A DNA stretch of 63,842 nt, filler included, from Octopus bimaculoides (lineage: Eukaryota): the NCBI RefSeq assembly GCF_001194135.2. It is 6 parts of 5 records of this genome, joined end to end, with 100 filler letters (N's around TTAATTAATTAA, not from the genome) between each part and the next. Parts side by side here need not be neighbours in the genome. Positions count along the whole stretch, not along the records: positions 24,610 to 41,031 come from NC_068983.1; positions 41,132 to 52,215 come from NC_068997.1; 4 more parts are not named here. One strand, 5' to 3'. A program made the translations under genes and the position numbers. The notes beneath the pieces are model-generated. The model had not been told where the DNA came from. It made no database searches and saw nothing but the letters and a program-made list of their open reading frames with translations. Position 1 is the first letter of the stretch, and the number at the start of each line of letters is the position of its first letter. Positions 38,134 through 51,529 of the stretch are shown piece after piece.

Positions 38134-39260
38134 CTAAGGAGGGTGTAGAGACAGTCTTTGAGAGGAGGGAGTTGTGTTGAGTCCGAAAGGAGTTTGTGTT
38201 TGTAGACGGAAAATGTAGCATTGTTCCAGGCAGAGTTGAGAGTGTGTAGATCCGTGATGTAGGGTGAGGCTGAAGATGGAGATACTAGAGGTAGAGGGGT
38301 TGGTTAAGTAGAAATGACGGGCAATGGAGGTGTTCGTACCTAGCCGAACATCTCGTAGATGTTTGGTGAACCGGTCGGTCAGCCGGTGGCCCATCTGACC
38401 AATACAGAGTTTGTTGCAGAGATTACATCTAATGCAATAGATAAGGCAGGAAGAAGTGCAGGAGGAGTTCCTAATGTAAGGCTGGGCAGGTTGGCGCCAG
38501 TGAGGGAGGTGGTGTTGGTGATGAAAGGACAGGTGTGGCAACAGGACCTAGAGAAAGGGAAGGATCCAGGTTGGGTTGGGATGGAAGAGGGGAAGGTGCT
38601 ATGGACCAGTAGATCATGTAGGTTACAGGCGTATTTAAAGGAGGGTAAGGGTAGGTTGGAGAAAATGGGATCTAGCTGGAGACGACAGAAGACCTGTAGG
38701 ATCCTCCGACAAAGAGGTAGGGTGGAGGGGTGGAAAAGGAGGGGAAAGGGGTTGCGTTGGGGGATTGGTGTGGCGAAGGAGAGAAGGCAGTGGTGCAATT
38801 GATTAGACGAGCATGGGCAAGGGCAGTTTGGACAAGGGTGGATGGGTATCTTTGATGCATCAACAAGCAGGCGAGGTACTGGGACTGGGTCTCAAAATCC
38901 TGATCCTGGCTGCACAAGCGTCAGAGGTGGAGGAACTGGGAGAAGGGGATGGCCCGTTTGGTGTGGGAGGGATGGGAGGAAAAAAGTTAAGGTAGAGATG
39001 GGAGTCTGTGGGTTTGAAGAAGGCAGAGGTGGGGGGAGTGAGAGAAGGGTGAAAGTTAAATAGGAAGGAGATGAAATTGGAGAGTTGTTTGTGGGAGAGG
39101 GAGGTGGAGCCTATACAGTCGTCTATGTAGCGAGCGTATAGCTCTGTGGTTGGTCCAGAGAATTGGGAGAATACTTGGGCCTCAATGTGACTAACAAATA
39201 GGTTGACGAAATTGAGGCCCATTCTCATTCCCATAGTGACGTCAGATTTGTTAGTAAATC
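38134..39260 (-). mobile_element. Penelope-like element: RT C-terminal half and GIY-YIG endonuclease
   Basis: MGMRMGLNFVNLFV..RYIDDC; DSHLYL; RICSQDQDF..QRYP; SCTSSCLIYCIRCNLCNKLCIGQMGHRLTDRFTKH; EQCYIFRLQTQTPFGLN. Confidence 0.92.
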
Positions 39261-42200
39261 TCTCCAGAGAACGTAAAGCAGCTGGTTAGCCTCTAGCATA
39301 TACAGGTTTGTATACAAAACAAGGATACAAAATCTGATGAAAATTTATTAAACCATTAGCTTAAAAGCCACACTCCATGTGGACTTTTAAGCTAGCTCCT
39401 GCATAGGGCTAATTGGGCCTCCAATCCAAAACTAAGTAGAGCTAAATAGCATGACTATGATATGTCTATAATGACTATATGCTTTGGTGGTGTTTGATTA
39501 GAGGTTAAGGACAGATGAAAATTAATTCTGTAATGCAATCATTTTATTGATCCAGTCCCAAGTTGAATTGCAACTGTTGGCCAATTTGACTCAAAGTTCT
39601 TATCTCAACTTAAAATTAATGAAGCAAATGTCATTTATCTCCCACTCAATCTCTGATGTCATCTGACAAATGCCAACCAAGATGGTGTGAATCAGCCAAA
39701 CTTTACCTGCAAGAAATAGTAACCCAAAAGCTTTTAAATCAGATCCCCATGTTGGATGTTCAAGAATCAAATGAAGGGCAGATATTTAATCCCAGGATCA
39801 TTTTGATTCCAAAAAAGTACAATATATCTATGTAAAATAAATGTAGGCTGAGATACAGGGGTGCCAGATGAAGAGACAGAATTTTGCTTTTATTATTATT
39901 ATTATAGATGTATCAAATACATTTTGTCCTATATAGAAATTATAAATTACTCAATAAAATGACAGGTGCTATGAAACTTTAGTATGAAAGCAACTTACAT
40001 TGCATGGAATGCAATAATAAAATGAGTGACTGAAGGGAATGAAAGTAGTAATTATGCACTATATGTGTTTAAAAACATGTTTTTAAAAAATAGGATCTGC
40101 ATTATGTAACATTAAAGCCATTACATTTTATCATGCAGTTTATCTTTAGGTATAACTACTTTGTTTTGCAAAATCATTTGTCAGTGTGAGTCATCCAGAA
40201 AAAATCAAAATAGAAGCAGTGTTCACGTCAATTGGCAATCAGATAGAGTGGAAAGTGGTTTTGATAAACAGCCAATTGCTTTCTCACCTCCCCATTTACT
40301 TTACTGAGATGGATGGGGTGTGGTCACAGAAGGTTTGTCTTGCTATCTGCATCATCTAATTTATGATGTGGGTAGTAAACATCTAAGGTGATTAATATTA
40401 TCATTTTGCAGTTATAATCCATCAGGTAGACACCATTCCAGAAGTGTTACAACATTAGAAAGGAATGTTCATAAATTAAGAGATAAGTAGATTCATAAAG
40501 AACAGAAGAAAAAAAGAGGGGAAAGAAAAAGGGAACAGAAGTAAATATGGTTGTGTAAGAACATTACATGTACCTACATACACACAAACACATGTACACA
40601 CCTACATGCAAAGAAACAAAGATGCATAAGTACATGACATACTCGTATAAATATATATATATACACACATACATGTACTTGCACTTATATATGAACTTGT
40701 ATAAATATTCATACACACATGCAACCGTATATAAAAAATGTGCATGCATATATCTATATATATAAAACTGAGAATTTGTGTGTGTGTGTGTGTGCATCAC
40801 TAAAAACCGAGAACTACCCAACCAATTTCACTCAAAGTTGACACATGCCCTATTTAGGGTCCCGGCAGTGTCATGGGTCATAAAAAATTTCAACTTCTTG
40901 CCTCATCGAGCCCTGAGCAATTTCTTATCTATTATGCTATTTCAGTATTATGTGTCAAAAGTGAAACAATAACATCTTTATTATAATGTGAGATAATAAA
41001 AGTGAAACTATTAATACTTTGTATATATATANNNNNNNNNNNNNNNNNNNNNNNNNNNNNNNNNNNNNNNNNNNNTTAATTAATTAANNNNNNNNNNNNN
41101 NNNNNNNNNNNNNNNNNNNNNNNNNNNNNNNATTCTATATACATAAAGTAAAAACATAATAACTATCCCGACCAATTTTGGCCATTTTTTTTCAACTTAA
41201 AACCATGGAAGGCCTTTTCAGTAAAAAAAAAATTGTAAATATTTTCAGAGGAAAAGGTGAACAAATCAAGGGACGTTTGGCTGTCGTTTCTAGCACAGTA
41301 GAACCCACCCTCTATTTTTACTCTCACATGTATATTTATTAAGCAAGTGAAGAAATAATTGGACATAAAATATCATGAAAATTATTAGAATTGAGAATTA
41401 AGTGGAAAGCTGAAAACCAACTGGAGGTTGGTTTTTCTGCTAGTCTGTAGTTGTGCCAGTTTTCTTTGCATTAAAATGAAAGTGAATTTTATGATGATTC
41501 AGTTAATCACAATGTTGAAATTAACTTCAATGTTTTTAACCTGAACCGTCAGTGACACAGCAGGTCACTGTAGTCTAGTATATATGTAAATATTTCTATG
41601 CTTGTACATATGTACATATTTTCTAAATATATTTTGTTATATGTATCTATATATACATCTCTATGTGCATATGTATATTTATATATATGAGACCTTGTCA
41701 TGTTTATATGCCTCACTATCTACATTCATATGTATACACATGCACACACAACACAAATTTGTTTTCAATTATTGAAAGTAAATAAAGTTTTAAAATAATG
41801 ATATTTATTTTGAGTTCAACTGTTTGAAAATGAATTATTTCACATTCTTTCAAAGTGTTAAAGTTATTGTGTAGGTAGGTATGTATATATATATGAGTGT
41901 GTGTGTGTGTGTGTAAATATATGTGTGGATAGCTGTATCTATCTCTTATCACCATTTATTGTCTTCTTTCCATGCTAGAATAGTTTGGATGCACAAAAGA
42001 TTGTGCCAAGTTTCAATGTCTGCTCAGGTATAGGTTCCATGGATGGATGCTCTTCCTAATGCCAACCACTTTACAATAATTTACTGGGTGCTTTTTCACG
42101 GCACTAGCATTAATGACCCCTCTCTAAGCTGAGAGGGAGTTTATTAGAGATGGAGGAGTAAGTATGATAGAGGAGCAGGAATGTGTGCCTCGCTGAAGAA

Positions 42201-42324
42201 GAGCTTCCCCAGCTTCTTACTATCATTCAAATTTATGCCAGAAAGAAAACTGAAGTCTAATGTAATTTGAATATGGTAAAATGTCGTGCGTTTTACTCTT
42301 CACTAAGTGTGTATGTGAGTATCC

Positions 42325-42612
42325 TCCATTCTTTGTTTTCAATCATTTGACTGCATCTATGCTGTGGCACCAGCTTGAATGCTTTTCGTTTAATAAATCA
42401 ATCCTAGGAGTTTTATATCCATTTCTTTTGCTGAACTGTTGCGTTACAGGGACATATATGTATATATATAAAAGTTTCTTTCAGTTTCCCTCTATGAAAT
42501 CCACTCACAAGGCTTTTTGATCAGCCCAAGTCTGTAGTAGAAGACACAAGCCCAAAGAACCAAACAGTGGGACTGTACCTGGAAAAATGTGGCTTTTTAC
42601 CACACCTGCACT
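42325..42612 (-). mobile_element. Degenerate SINE family B copy
   Basis: TCATTTGACTG.., CTTTCAGTTTCC..AAATCCACTCACAAGGCTTT..GTAGTAGAAGACAC. Confidence 0.75.
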
Positions 42613-42949
42613 TAAATATTTAAAGGAAGTTAATTATATGGCCAGTCTTAAAGCACTTAGCCTTATAGCTGACTTGTCAGACTCATGGCCATTAGATTCT
42701 GATAAGTCTATAAGCATAAGTGCTTTATGGATGCAAAACCATTGGTCACACTATGACTGGCCATATAATTAACTTCTTGTTAATACACTGTTTTCTACTC
42801 TAGGCACACGGCCTGAAATAATACATTCCTGCTCTAATGTAGAAATGGTGGTGGTGGTTGTTTGTGGCAACAGCGGCGGCAGTACTTATCATTACTACTG
42901 CTATCATCATTACGACTCTCACCGTTACTATCATTATTATTGTCCACTT

Positions 42950-43680
42950 AATTTATTTATCAATAAAATTCTTTTCTCTTGAGTTGTAGTCTGTAAAATG
43001 AGAATATTATGAATATTTTCTGACAAAATGTTGCCTAATGGGATCTGACAGACACCAGAGTCCATAATTTGTTGACAGTGCACAAATGAATGCTCTTCTA
43101 ATGCATTCCGTTTGATTTGATGCAGTAAATTAAATTTCTGCTTTTGCTGTTCATATTTGCATTTCCAAATATTATTCCAGTTTTTGTGTTCAAATATTGA
43201 ACAGTATGTATGAACCATGTACTAGATCGATTATCATTGCATTTAGAACAGTCTGTTATTGTTGCATAGGTCAAACTTTGTTAATAATTGTTTCAATTAA
43301 CTGTTGTTACAAGTTTTTTGGCTATCTTTTACTTAAAACCATGGCTCAATCCATGTACTTTGAGCTATGACCAACAAGTTTTCTTTGGCAATGCTAAAGA
43401 CATTTTGGTGACATGGATAGTGTGTCACTATAAATTGTATGACCTGTTCTTGTTTGGGTCTTCCTTGGGTTGTCGTAAGTTGTCATATGGGTATTTCTAT
43501 AGTATGCTCTATACTATTTCCTATAAATAGAGATGGGTATTTTTGCTTCAGTAGAAATTCTTTGAGAACTTTTTTTTGTTTGTCTCTGGTATACAACTCT
43601 TCCACAATGGTACAAAATTTTCCAGATAGGCAGTATGTGATATTGTGTTTTGTATGTGTTAGATTGCACAATTTATGAAA
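42950..43680 (-). mobile_element. Decayed Penelope-like element C-terminal fragment
   Basis: HTKHNITYCLSGKFCTIV..RD..LKEFLLKQKYP..IQFIVTHYP..LKQLLTK, then FVHCQQI, matching the PLE thumb and GIY-YIG-adjacent pattern. Confidence 0.6.
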
Positions 43681-44093
43681 GATAAGAAGTTTGCATTTTT
43701 GTAGAAGATTTCTTCATTCTTTAAAAGATAACAAGAGCACAAACCTCAGCCAAGGCAACATCAATGTTCTCTTAACCATTAGCCAAAGATTATTTTTTAA
43801 ATGAGAATATCAGAAATAAACTCGAATGCTCTCACAAATAAGAATATTAAAAATGACCCTGACTGCTCTCAAATATTTAGTAAAAAAAGCTGGAAAAATA
43901 ATCCAAAATCCTTGTCCTGTACAGGATCGATCCCAAAATTTAATCAGTTTGTGCTAGTCACAAGGTTAAACATCCCTGAAAGTTTCATCTGAATCCATCC
44001 AGTAGTTCTTAAGAAATCTTGTCCATGGACAAACAAACACAACTGAAAACCTGCTACCTCCGCCTTAGCGGAGGTAACAGGTTTGCATTTTTG

Positions 44094-44200
44094 TACAAGA
44101 TTTCTTCCTTCAGCAAGATTTCTTCCTTCAGCAAGATTTCTTCCTTCAATAAGATTTCTTCCTTCAAGATTACTTTCAACAAGATTTCTTCCTTCAGCAC
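44094..44200. repeat. 18-bp tandem repeat CAAGATTTCTTCCTTCAG (~5 copies)
   Basis: Seen directly; translates as KISSFS repeats. Confidence 0.85.
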
Positions 44201-44277
44201 AATGCTATATTTCTGGTAAGGCAACTGTAGGAGAAATATCTAGCCAAAGATAAACCTCTGTATTTGCCTCTTGTTAA

Positions 44278-44331
44278 AATAGGGGATCCACTCCTATTTT
44301 ACTGCAAGACAATGCCAGACCACACATCACT
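44278..44331 (+). mobile_element. Short mariner transposase fragment (second catalytic Asp motif)
   Basis: NRGSTPILLQDNARPHIT; 34/36 identity to the inverted copy at 45596-45631. Confidence 0.75.
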
Positions 44332-44379
44332 TTTGTAAATTTCATCATCATTTTAATGATAAAAACTTTGCACATTTTC

Positions 44380-45592
44380 AGATTTCTCAACATATGAAAC
44401 ATGTATAGTCTCCATTTTTGTTGAAGATTTCTTCCTTATATGAAAGATGAGAAGTTTAATTTTTGTATGAGATTTCTTCATTATATGGAAGATAAAATTA
44501 TATTTCTATGATTTCTAAAATTATATTATATGGAAGATAAAATTATATTTCTAGAAGGTTTCTTTGTTATATAACAGATGAGAAGATTGCATTTTTGTAG
44601 AATATTCCTTCATTATATGAAAGATGGCAAGATTAATTTTTGCATGAGATTTCTTCAATATATGGAAGATAGAATGCTTGCATTTGTGTTCGTTATATGA
44701 AATATAAAAAATTTACCTTTTTGTAGAGAATATCTTCATTATATGGAGTTTGCATTTTTGTTGAACTTTTCTTAATTATATAAAAGATGAGAAGTTGACA
44801 TATTTCAAGAAGATTTCTGCATTATATGAAATATAATGCAGAAATACATGTGTAGAATATTTCTTCATTATATGAAATATGTTTGAATTTTTGCTGGAAA
44901 TTTCTCCATTATATGGAAGATAAGAAGTTTGCTTTGTCATTGGAGATTTCTTGAAAGATAAAAAGTTTGTTTCAGTAGATTTATTATCTTTTATATAATG
45001 ATAGAAATCTTCTACAGAAATGCAAATGCAATGCACAAATCATCTACAAAATTATATGTAGAAAATTTCTTCATTATTTGGAAGATACAAAGTTAGCATC
45101 ATTGTAGAAGATTGATTCATTATTTGAAAGATGGAGCAGCTTACAATTTTGGAAAAGATAATTAGCTTGCATTTTTGTAGAAAATTTTTTTATTATATAA
45201 AACATAGGTAGGTAGTATTTTTGTAGAATTGTTCACTATATGAAATATAAGAAGCTTCCATATTTGCAGGAGATTTCTTCATTATATGGAAGATAGAAAT
45301 TTACATTTTTGTAGGAATTTCTTTGTTGTATGAAATATAAAATATTTACATTTATGTAGAATACTTCTTCAAGTATGTGAAATATATAGAGTTTGCCTTT
45401 TGCAGAAGATTTCTTATTTATATGAAATGTAAAAAGTTTCCATTTTTGTAGGGGACATTATTATATTAAAAATAATTTTACATTTTTGCAGGCCTCTTCA
45501 TTACATGAAAGATAAGGTGTTTGCATTTTTGTAGATTTCCTAATACTCTGAAAGATAATTAGCTTGCATTTTTGTAGAATATTTCTTCATTA
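44380..45592. repeat. Degenerate ~45-bp satellite (consensus ~ ATATGAAAGATAAGAAGTTTGCATTTTTGTAGAAGATTTCTTCATT)
   Basis: About 25 recurrences of TTTGCATTTTTGTAG / TTTCTTCATTATATG; one isolated unit near 43675. Confidence 0.85.
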
Positions 45593-45593
45593 T

Positions 45594-45915
45594 ATGTCTG
45601 GCATTGACTTGCAATAAAATAGGAGTGGATCTGTTGAATAATCTAATTTTTGTAAGTTTCTGCATCATACTTTCAAAGTTTCTGACGTATACTTTCACCA
45701 TGATTGATGAGCGAGGTTTAATGAAATCATAATGGATCATACCTGTGCCAGACCACCAAAAACATACCATCTTCTTTTGATGAATTCTGCTTTTTGAACT
45801 GTGTTTTGGTGGCTCATGTTTGTCCAACTATTGTGCTGAACGTTAATTGTTGTATTGGATCCATTTCTCATCACATGTTACAATTCGATTCAACGATGAT
45901 ACATTTTTGTGATGA
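45594..45915 (-). mobile_element. Mariner (DD34D) transposase fragment
   Basis: RIVTCDEKWIQYNN, HQKKMVCFWWSGTGMIHYDF, PILLQVNARH. Confidence 0.9.
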
Positions 45916-45959
45916 GAAATTAGTATAATGCAGTCTTACAAACTTATCTAACTTTTTCG

Positions 45960-48700
45960 CATTAACAATTTGAACTAGGCATGAAATCTTTTGAAAATTT
46001 TCAAATGAAAACTATTTTCTTCAGTTTAATAATCCTTACTCATAGAAGAAATGAGTGAACATACATAACATTAACACATTAGCTGTGGAGATTATATTTA
46101 CCAAACATTTCTCGGAAATCTCATATTTCGCAGAAAACATGATGACAAAATATGTTGGAAAAAATTTTCAGAAGAAAAATTATTGTCTTCTCATTTGTGA
46201 CTTTCAGTCATTCTCCTTCATATTTGTAAGATTCAGCAGTAACATACATTAACTAATAGTTGTGAAGATTATATTCACCAGACATTTCAGTGAAATCTCA
46301 ACTTTTCACAGAAAACAGTTTCTCGGAAAACATTTTCTCAGAAATCATTACCTATTTTAAAAATTCAGGAATGAAAAATTATTCAGTCTCATATGAGACT
46401 TTAAAATTTTCTTTCTCATACTTCCAGTATTGAGATATTAAAACATTCTTTTCTCAGGTTAATACTTATTGGTGGCATACAATTTTTCTTACAATTGTCA
46501 GATTCGGAATGAATGGGTTAATATATAAAAGCTGTGAAGATTATATTTTGTAAACATTTAACTGAAATGTCAACAATTCTAAGAAAAGATGACTGAAAAT
46601 GTATGAAATGAACATTTTGAATATCATTCATGCTTTTTAATGCCACAGATGTTCACCTGATGCGTGCTAAGAGATAGGTATCATAGTTGCAAAGGATGAC
46701 CAAAAATGTTGGAAATTAGCATGAAATCTTTTGAAAATTTTGAAATGAGAATTTCTCAGACGAATATCCATTTCTGACATTCAGTTTGTCTCCCTGACAC
46801 TTATCAGATTCAAATGTAATGGGTTAACCTACTAACGTAGGTTAGTAGTTGTGAAGATTGTTGTTACCAAACATTTCACTGTAATGTCAACCTTTCTCAG
46901 AAAACATGACAAATAAAAATGTTGGAAAGGAGCATAAAATCTTTCCTCAGGTTAATACTTATTTGTGACATTCAATAGTCCCTACTGACAATTCAGAAGG
47001 AATGGGTTAACATATGTGAAGTAATAGCTGTGAAGATTATATTTACCAAACATTTCTCTGAAATCTCAACATTTCTCTGAAATCTCAACATTTCTCAGAA
47101 AGACCATTAGAAATTATCCTCAAATCTTTTTAAAATTTTGTAATGAAAATTTATTGATTCTCATTTGTGACTTCTCCCTCATACTTATGTCTGAGGGAGA
47201 AGTCACAAATGAGAATCAATAAATTTTCATTACAAAATTTTGAGAAATAATAGGTGAAGATACATTAACTAATAGCTATGAAAATTGAATTTCCCACACA
47301 TTTCACTACATCATCAACCATTCACCGAAATGTCAACCTTTCTCAGAAAACATGAAGGCCGCAAATATTGGAAATCAGCATGAAATCATTTAAAAATTTT
47401 GAATCGAAAAATTATTCTTTTCTAAGGCTAATGCCCATTTATGAGTGTCAATTTTTCTCCTGCAAATTTGTCAGTTACATCTGTTAATTCATTTCACTGA
47501 AATTTCAACTCTTTGGAAAAAACATGACAACCGAAAGTGTGAGCTGAAAAATTATTGTTTTCTTAAGGTAATATGCACCTGTTAATGAGCATCAAGTCAA
47601 TTGAAAATTTTCAAATGGAAAACTATTCTTTGCTCATTGGAGGCATTTAATTCTTCGTACTCACTAATGTCAGATTCGGCAGAAATGAGATAATATACAG
47701 TACTCACAATTGTACGTTTCATAGAAATGGGATAATAATAACTGTTAAAATTATATTTACTAAACATTTCAGTGAAATGTCAGCTTTTCTCAGAAAAGAG
47801 GATAATCGAAAATGTGAGAAATGAACATCAAAATATATTCTTTTCTAAAGCTCATTGGTGACTTCCATATATTCTTACTCGACTAATGCCCTGGATGCTC
47901 ACCTCATGCATGCAAGGAGGTGGACATCCTAGCTGCAAAGATTATAGTTACCAAATATTTCACTGTAATGTCAACCTTTCTCAGAAAACATGACAATCGG
48001 AAATGGAAATCAGCATAAAACCTTTTGAAAATTTTGAAATGAAAAATTATTCTTTTCTTAGACTAATACTCACTCATTAGTCATGGATTAAAATACTGCA
48101 TGGCACCTTCGGCGGCGAAGCTTTGTGAGTAGATTTGGTACATGTTAGAGAATCTGTGTTAGTTCCCCCCACCATCGCTTGACAACTGATGTTGGTGTGT
48201 TTACATCACTGTATCGCAGAATCAGTACTTGGGTCGATTTCTTCAACTGAAGGTTGTGCTCCAGCATGCCTGGAGAATAAAAGAACAAAAGAATCTACTA
48301 ATAGGTGGGAAGATTATATTTACCAAACAATCAACTGACATTTATCAATGTTTATATACATTAAATAATAGCTATGAAGATTATATTTTCCAAACATTTC
48401 ACTAAAATCTCAGACTGAAAACGTTGGAAATTGGTATCAAATTTCTGGAAAATTTAGAAAGAAAATATTAATCCATTCACTGATTTTCAAATTTTCTGAC
48501 ACACACTTGTCGCATTCAAAAGTAATGAATTAATATACATCAACTAATAACTGTGAAGATTATATATACCAAAAATTTCATTGAATTATCAGACTTTCTC
48601 AGCAGAAAGGCTAATTTGAAGTAATTGTCAGTTTTGAAATGTAAAATTAGTCTTTCCTCATTTCTCACTAAAATATCAAAGATTCGCACAAAGCATCACA
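45960..48700 (+). repeat. Irregular ~180-320-bp degenerate tandem array (core GAAGATTATATTTACCAAACATTTCACTGAAATGTCAAC)
   Basis: Core found near 46088, 46264, 46536, 46853, 47032, 47277, 47745, 47937, 48308, 48375 and 48555; a SINE-B remnant interrupts at ~48110-48290. Confidence 0.8.
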
Positions 48701-48739
48701 ACCGAAAATATGGAAAATCAGATTCTATATTTTGAAAAC

Positions 48740-49929
48740 ATTGAATTAAAAAAAGCTTTGTTTTTCAACTTTATGATTTTTGAGAAAAATTAATAATTCA
48801 GTGAAATATTCGGTAAATATAAGTTTCTCATCTATCAGCTAACATATATTAACTAATTATGACTCAAAAGAAAAACAGTATATTAACCATTTATTACGGA
48901 AAAGAAAAAGTGTTTTTCAGAAAAATGAAATGTCACTGTGCAATAGTCAACTAGAAAAGAGGAAATTTTCATTATCAAATAATTTCATGTCTTCATGCTT
49001 TTTGGTAATATTTGCGACTTTGTTATTTTTGAGAAAAAATGTGCTTTGTGTGACATGTTTGGTAAATATAAGATTTTCATCTATCATCTAATGTATATTA
49101 ACAAATTATTATTCAAATGAAAAAGTGTTTCTCATAAAAATGAAATGTCACTGTGTAATTAGTCAACTAGAAAAGAGGAAAGTTTCGCCATGAAATAATT
49201 TTATGTTTTCATGCTTATTGGCATTATTTTGAGACTTTGAGTTTTTACAGGACGATTGTGATTTCAGTGAAATGTTTGGTACAAATAAGCTTCTGATCTA
49301 TCATCTAACCTATATTAAGCAAAAGAAAAGTGTTTGTAAGAAATAAGTAATGATACTGTATAATACTCAACGGGAAAAGACGAAATTTTCATTATCAAAT
49401 GATTTTATGTCTTTATGCTTCTTGGCAATATATTGCTACTTTGTGAATTCTGAGAATGATTGTGATTTCAGTGGAATGTTAGTTAAATATAAGTTCCTCA
49501 TCTATCCTCTAACGTATATTAACCAATATTTACTCAAAAGGAAAAGTGTTTGATTTAAAAGTGAAATGTCACTGTGTAATATTCAACTAGAAAAGAGGAA
49601 ATTTTCATTATCAAATAATTTCATCTTTTCATGCTTATTGGCAATATTTTGCGACTTTGTGATTTTGTTTAGAACGATTGTCATTTCAGTGAAAAGTTTG
49701 GTAAGTATAACTTTCTCATTTATCATCTAACGTATGTTAAACAATTATTAATCAAAAGAAAAATTGGTTCTCACGCAAATGAAATGTCACTGTGTAATAG
49801 TCAACAAAAACAGGCGAAATTTTCAATATCAAGTGTATTCATAGTTTGAGGCTTTTGTGAAAAAGATTGTGACTTCGATGAACTCTTTGATAAATATAAT
49901 GTTTTCATCAACTATCTAGCCTATATTAN
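48740..49929 (-). repeat. ~215-bp tandem array carrying the same core in reverse orientation
   Basis: AATGAAATGTCACTGTG recurs at ~48924, 49139, 49345, 49560 and 49779; each unit contains GATTTCAGTGAAATGTTTGGTAAATATAA, the reverse complement of the left-array core. Confidence 0.85.
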
Positions 49930-50699
49930 NNNNNNNNNNNNNNNNNNNNNNNNNNNNNNNNNNNNNNNNNNNNNNNNNNNNNNNNNNNNNNNNNNNNNNN
50001 NNNNNNNNNNNNNNNNNNNNNNNNNNNNTCGTTGCTTTTTCATGGTTGTTTGCCAAATTTTGTGAGTTTGTGTTTTCTATATATTTATGTTTTCTATATA
50101 TTTATGATTATAAATGTTTGTTACCGAAAAGGTTTTTTCATACTGAGCTACCCGGCAAAATTGTTAATTAGTAATTTTATTACTAATTGACGATTCCCTG
50201 CCCTGCATATCTATATTTTAATAATACCTCTAAGGTGAATAGTTAAACCGCAAGAAGTTCGTACGGGTCTCTTTTCTATGCGGGACTATTTTATGATGCA
50301 CACTGAATTGAATTCATTAGGGCGAGCGGTTTTGAACTCACTGGCCGATAAATTTCTTAACGTCTTCCTCACGTGGTATTGATGTCGCATGGCCAAAATT
50401 AACGTGAGTTTTTTAGACATTAACAAATTTATTGGAATATTTAGCTGATGATCAGAATAGAGTATTCTTTACTCTTAACTGTGAAACGATCGTACTAAAT
50501 TAACTAAAGGCAGGTGGNNNNNNNNNNCTGTGAAACGATCGTACTAAATTAACTAAAGGCAGGTGGTTTTTTTGCTCTTCTCTACTGTTTTTTGTTCTGT
50601 GTGTATCAAAAATATCGCTATCAATCTGGAGTATATATCATATATATACATATACATATAACATATATATATATATAGACAGCAGTATACAGAACTGCC

Positions 50700-50850
50700 T
50701 GTCACTGAAATTGGATGGTACCTGTTGAAGAGGTAGGCCCAGGAAGACATGGGATGAAGTGGTGAGGACCATTTTCAGGATGTTAGGGCTCACAAAGGAA
50801 ATGACAATGGACCAAGACATTTGGCAATATGAGGTTCTAGCCCAGACCTG
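50700..50850 (+). mobile_element. RTE LINE C-terminal remnant
   Basis: RGRPRKTWDEVVR. Confidence 0.7.
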
Positions 50851-51529
50851 CCTACGTCAGGAAAACTTAGTGCTAGAAGCATTGTGTCCCATCCACATGT
50901 AACAATAAGCTTTTTGCCCTAACCCTAACCCCACTCCACAAAAAAACCGAACTACATCTCCTCTTCTAAAGTGCATCTTTCTCTTCCTCACATTCCCTCT
51001 TCATACACTGATTGTTTTCCAATCCCCTTCGTTGCTCACTGTATTGCTGCTTTTATACCAAGGTTTTCTCCAGTCACTGCAATCTCTACCCCCTACCTGC
51101 ACCCTCTTGGCAATACCTGACCATGTATGTTATGACCTCCGTCATAACTATTTAATCACTCTCTGCCATCCCATCTATGCACTGATCCTTGTTATTTGTG
51201 AGTATACCCTGGCACTTCATTACCATTTTTCTTCTGCTCTCTCTCTTGCACTTTTCCTGTTTCCCACTCTCTCTCTCTCTTTTCCTTGCTTTTTCCTCTG
51301 GCTAGGTAACTAAGTATCTCCTTGACATCAGTACACCTGTTTCTGTCCTCTTTCTCGTACTTCTCTCTCTCTTCTTTTCCCTCTCTTTCTCTTCTCACTC
51401 TGTCATCGGGTAACCATGTACCTCCTCTACAGCAAGACACCTGTTTCTGCCTCTCTCTGTCTCACTTTAACTTTTCGTCATCTGACACAAGATCCCCTCC
51501 TCCAATGCCCTCAAAATGTCTTGTGTTGC

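Noticed and set aside
39358-39393. Short hairpin AGCTTAAAAG-CCACA..TGTGG-A-CTTTTAAGCT
   Set aside because: A 15-bp AT-rich stem with no associated gene or family; no function can be assigned.
40324-40382. Candidate minus-strand terminal exon (D)VYYPHHKLDDADSKTNLL*
   Set aside because: The acceptor is plausible, but the peptide is unrecognised and no partner exon was found.
4782-49929. CRISPR-like arrays among the tandem repeats
   Set aside because: The repeats are contiguous or degenerate with no unique spacers, and the context is eukaryotic.
50917-50935. CCCTAACCCTAACCC telomere-like word
   Set aside because: Only ~2.5 units within decayed repeat sequence.
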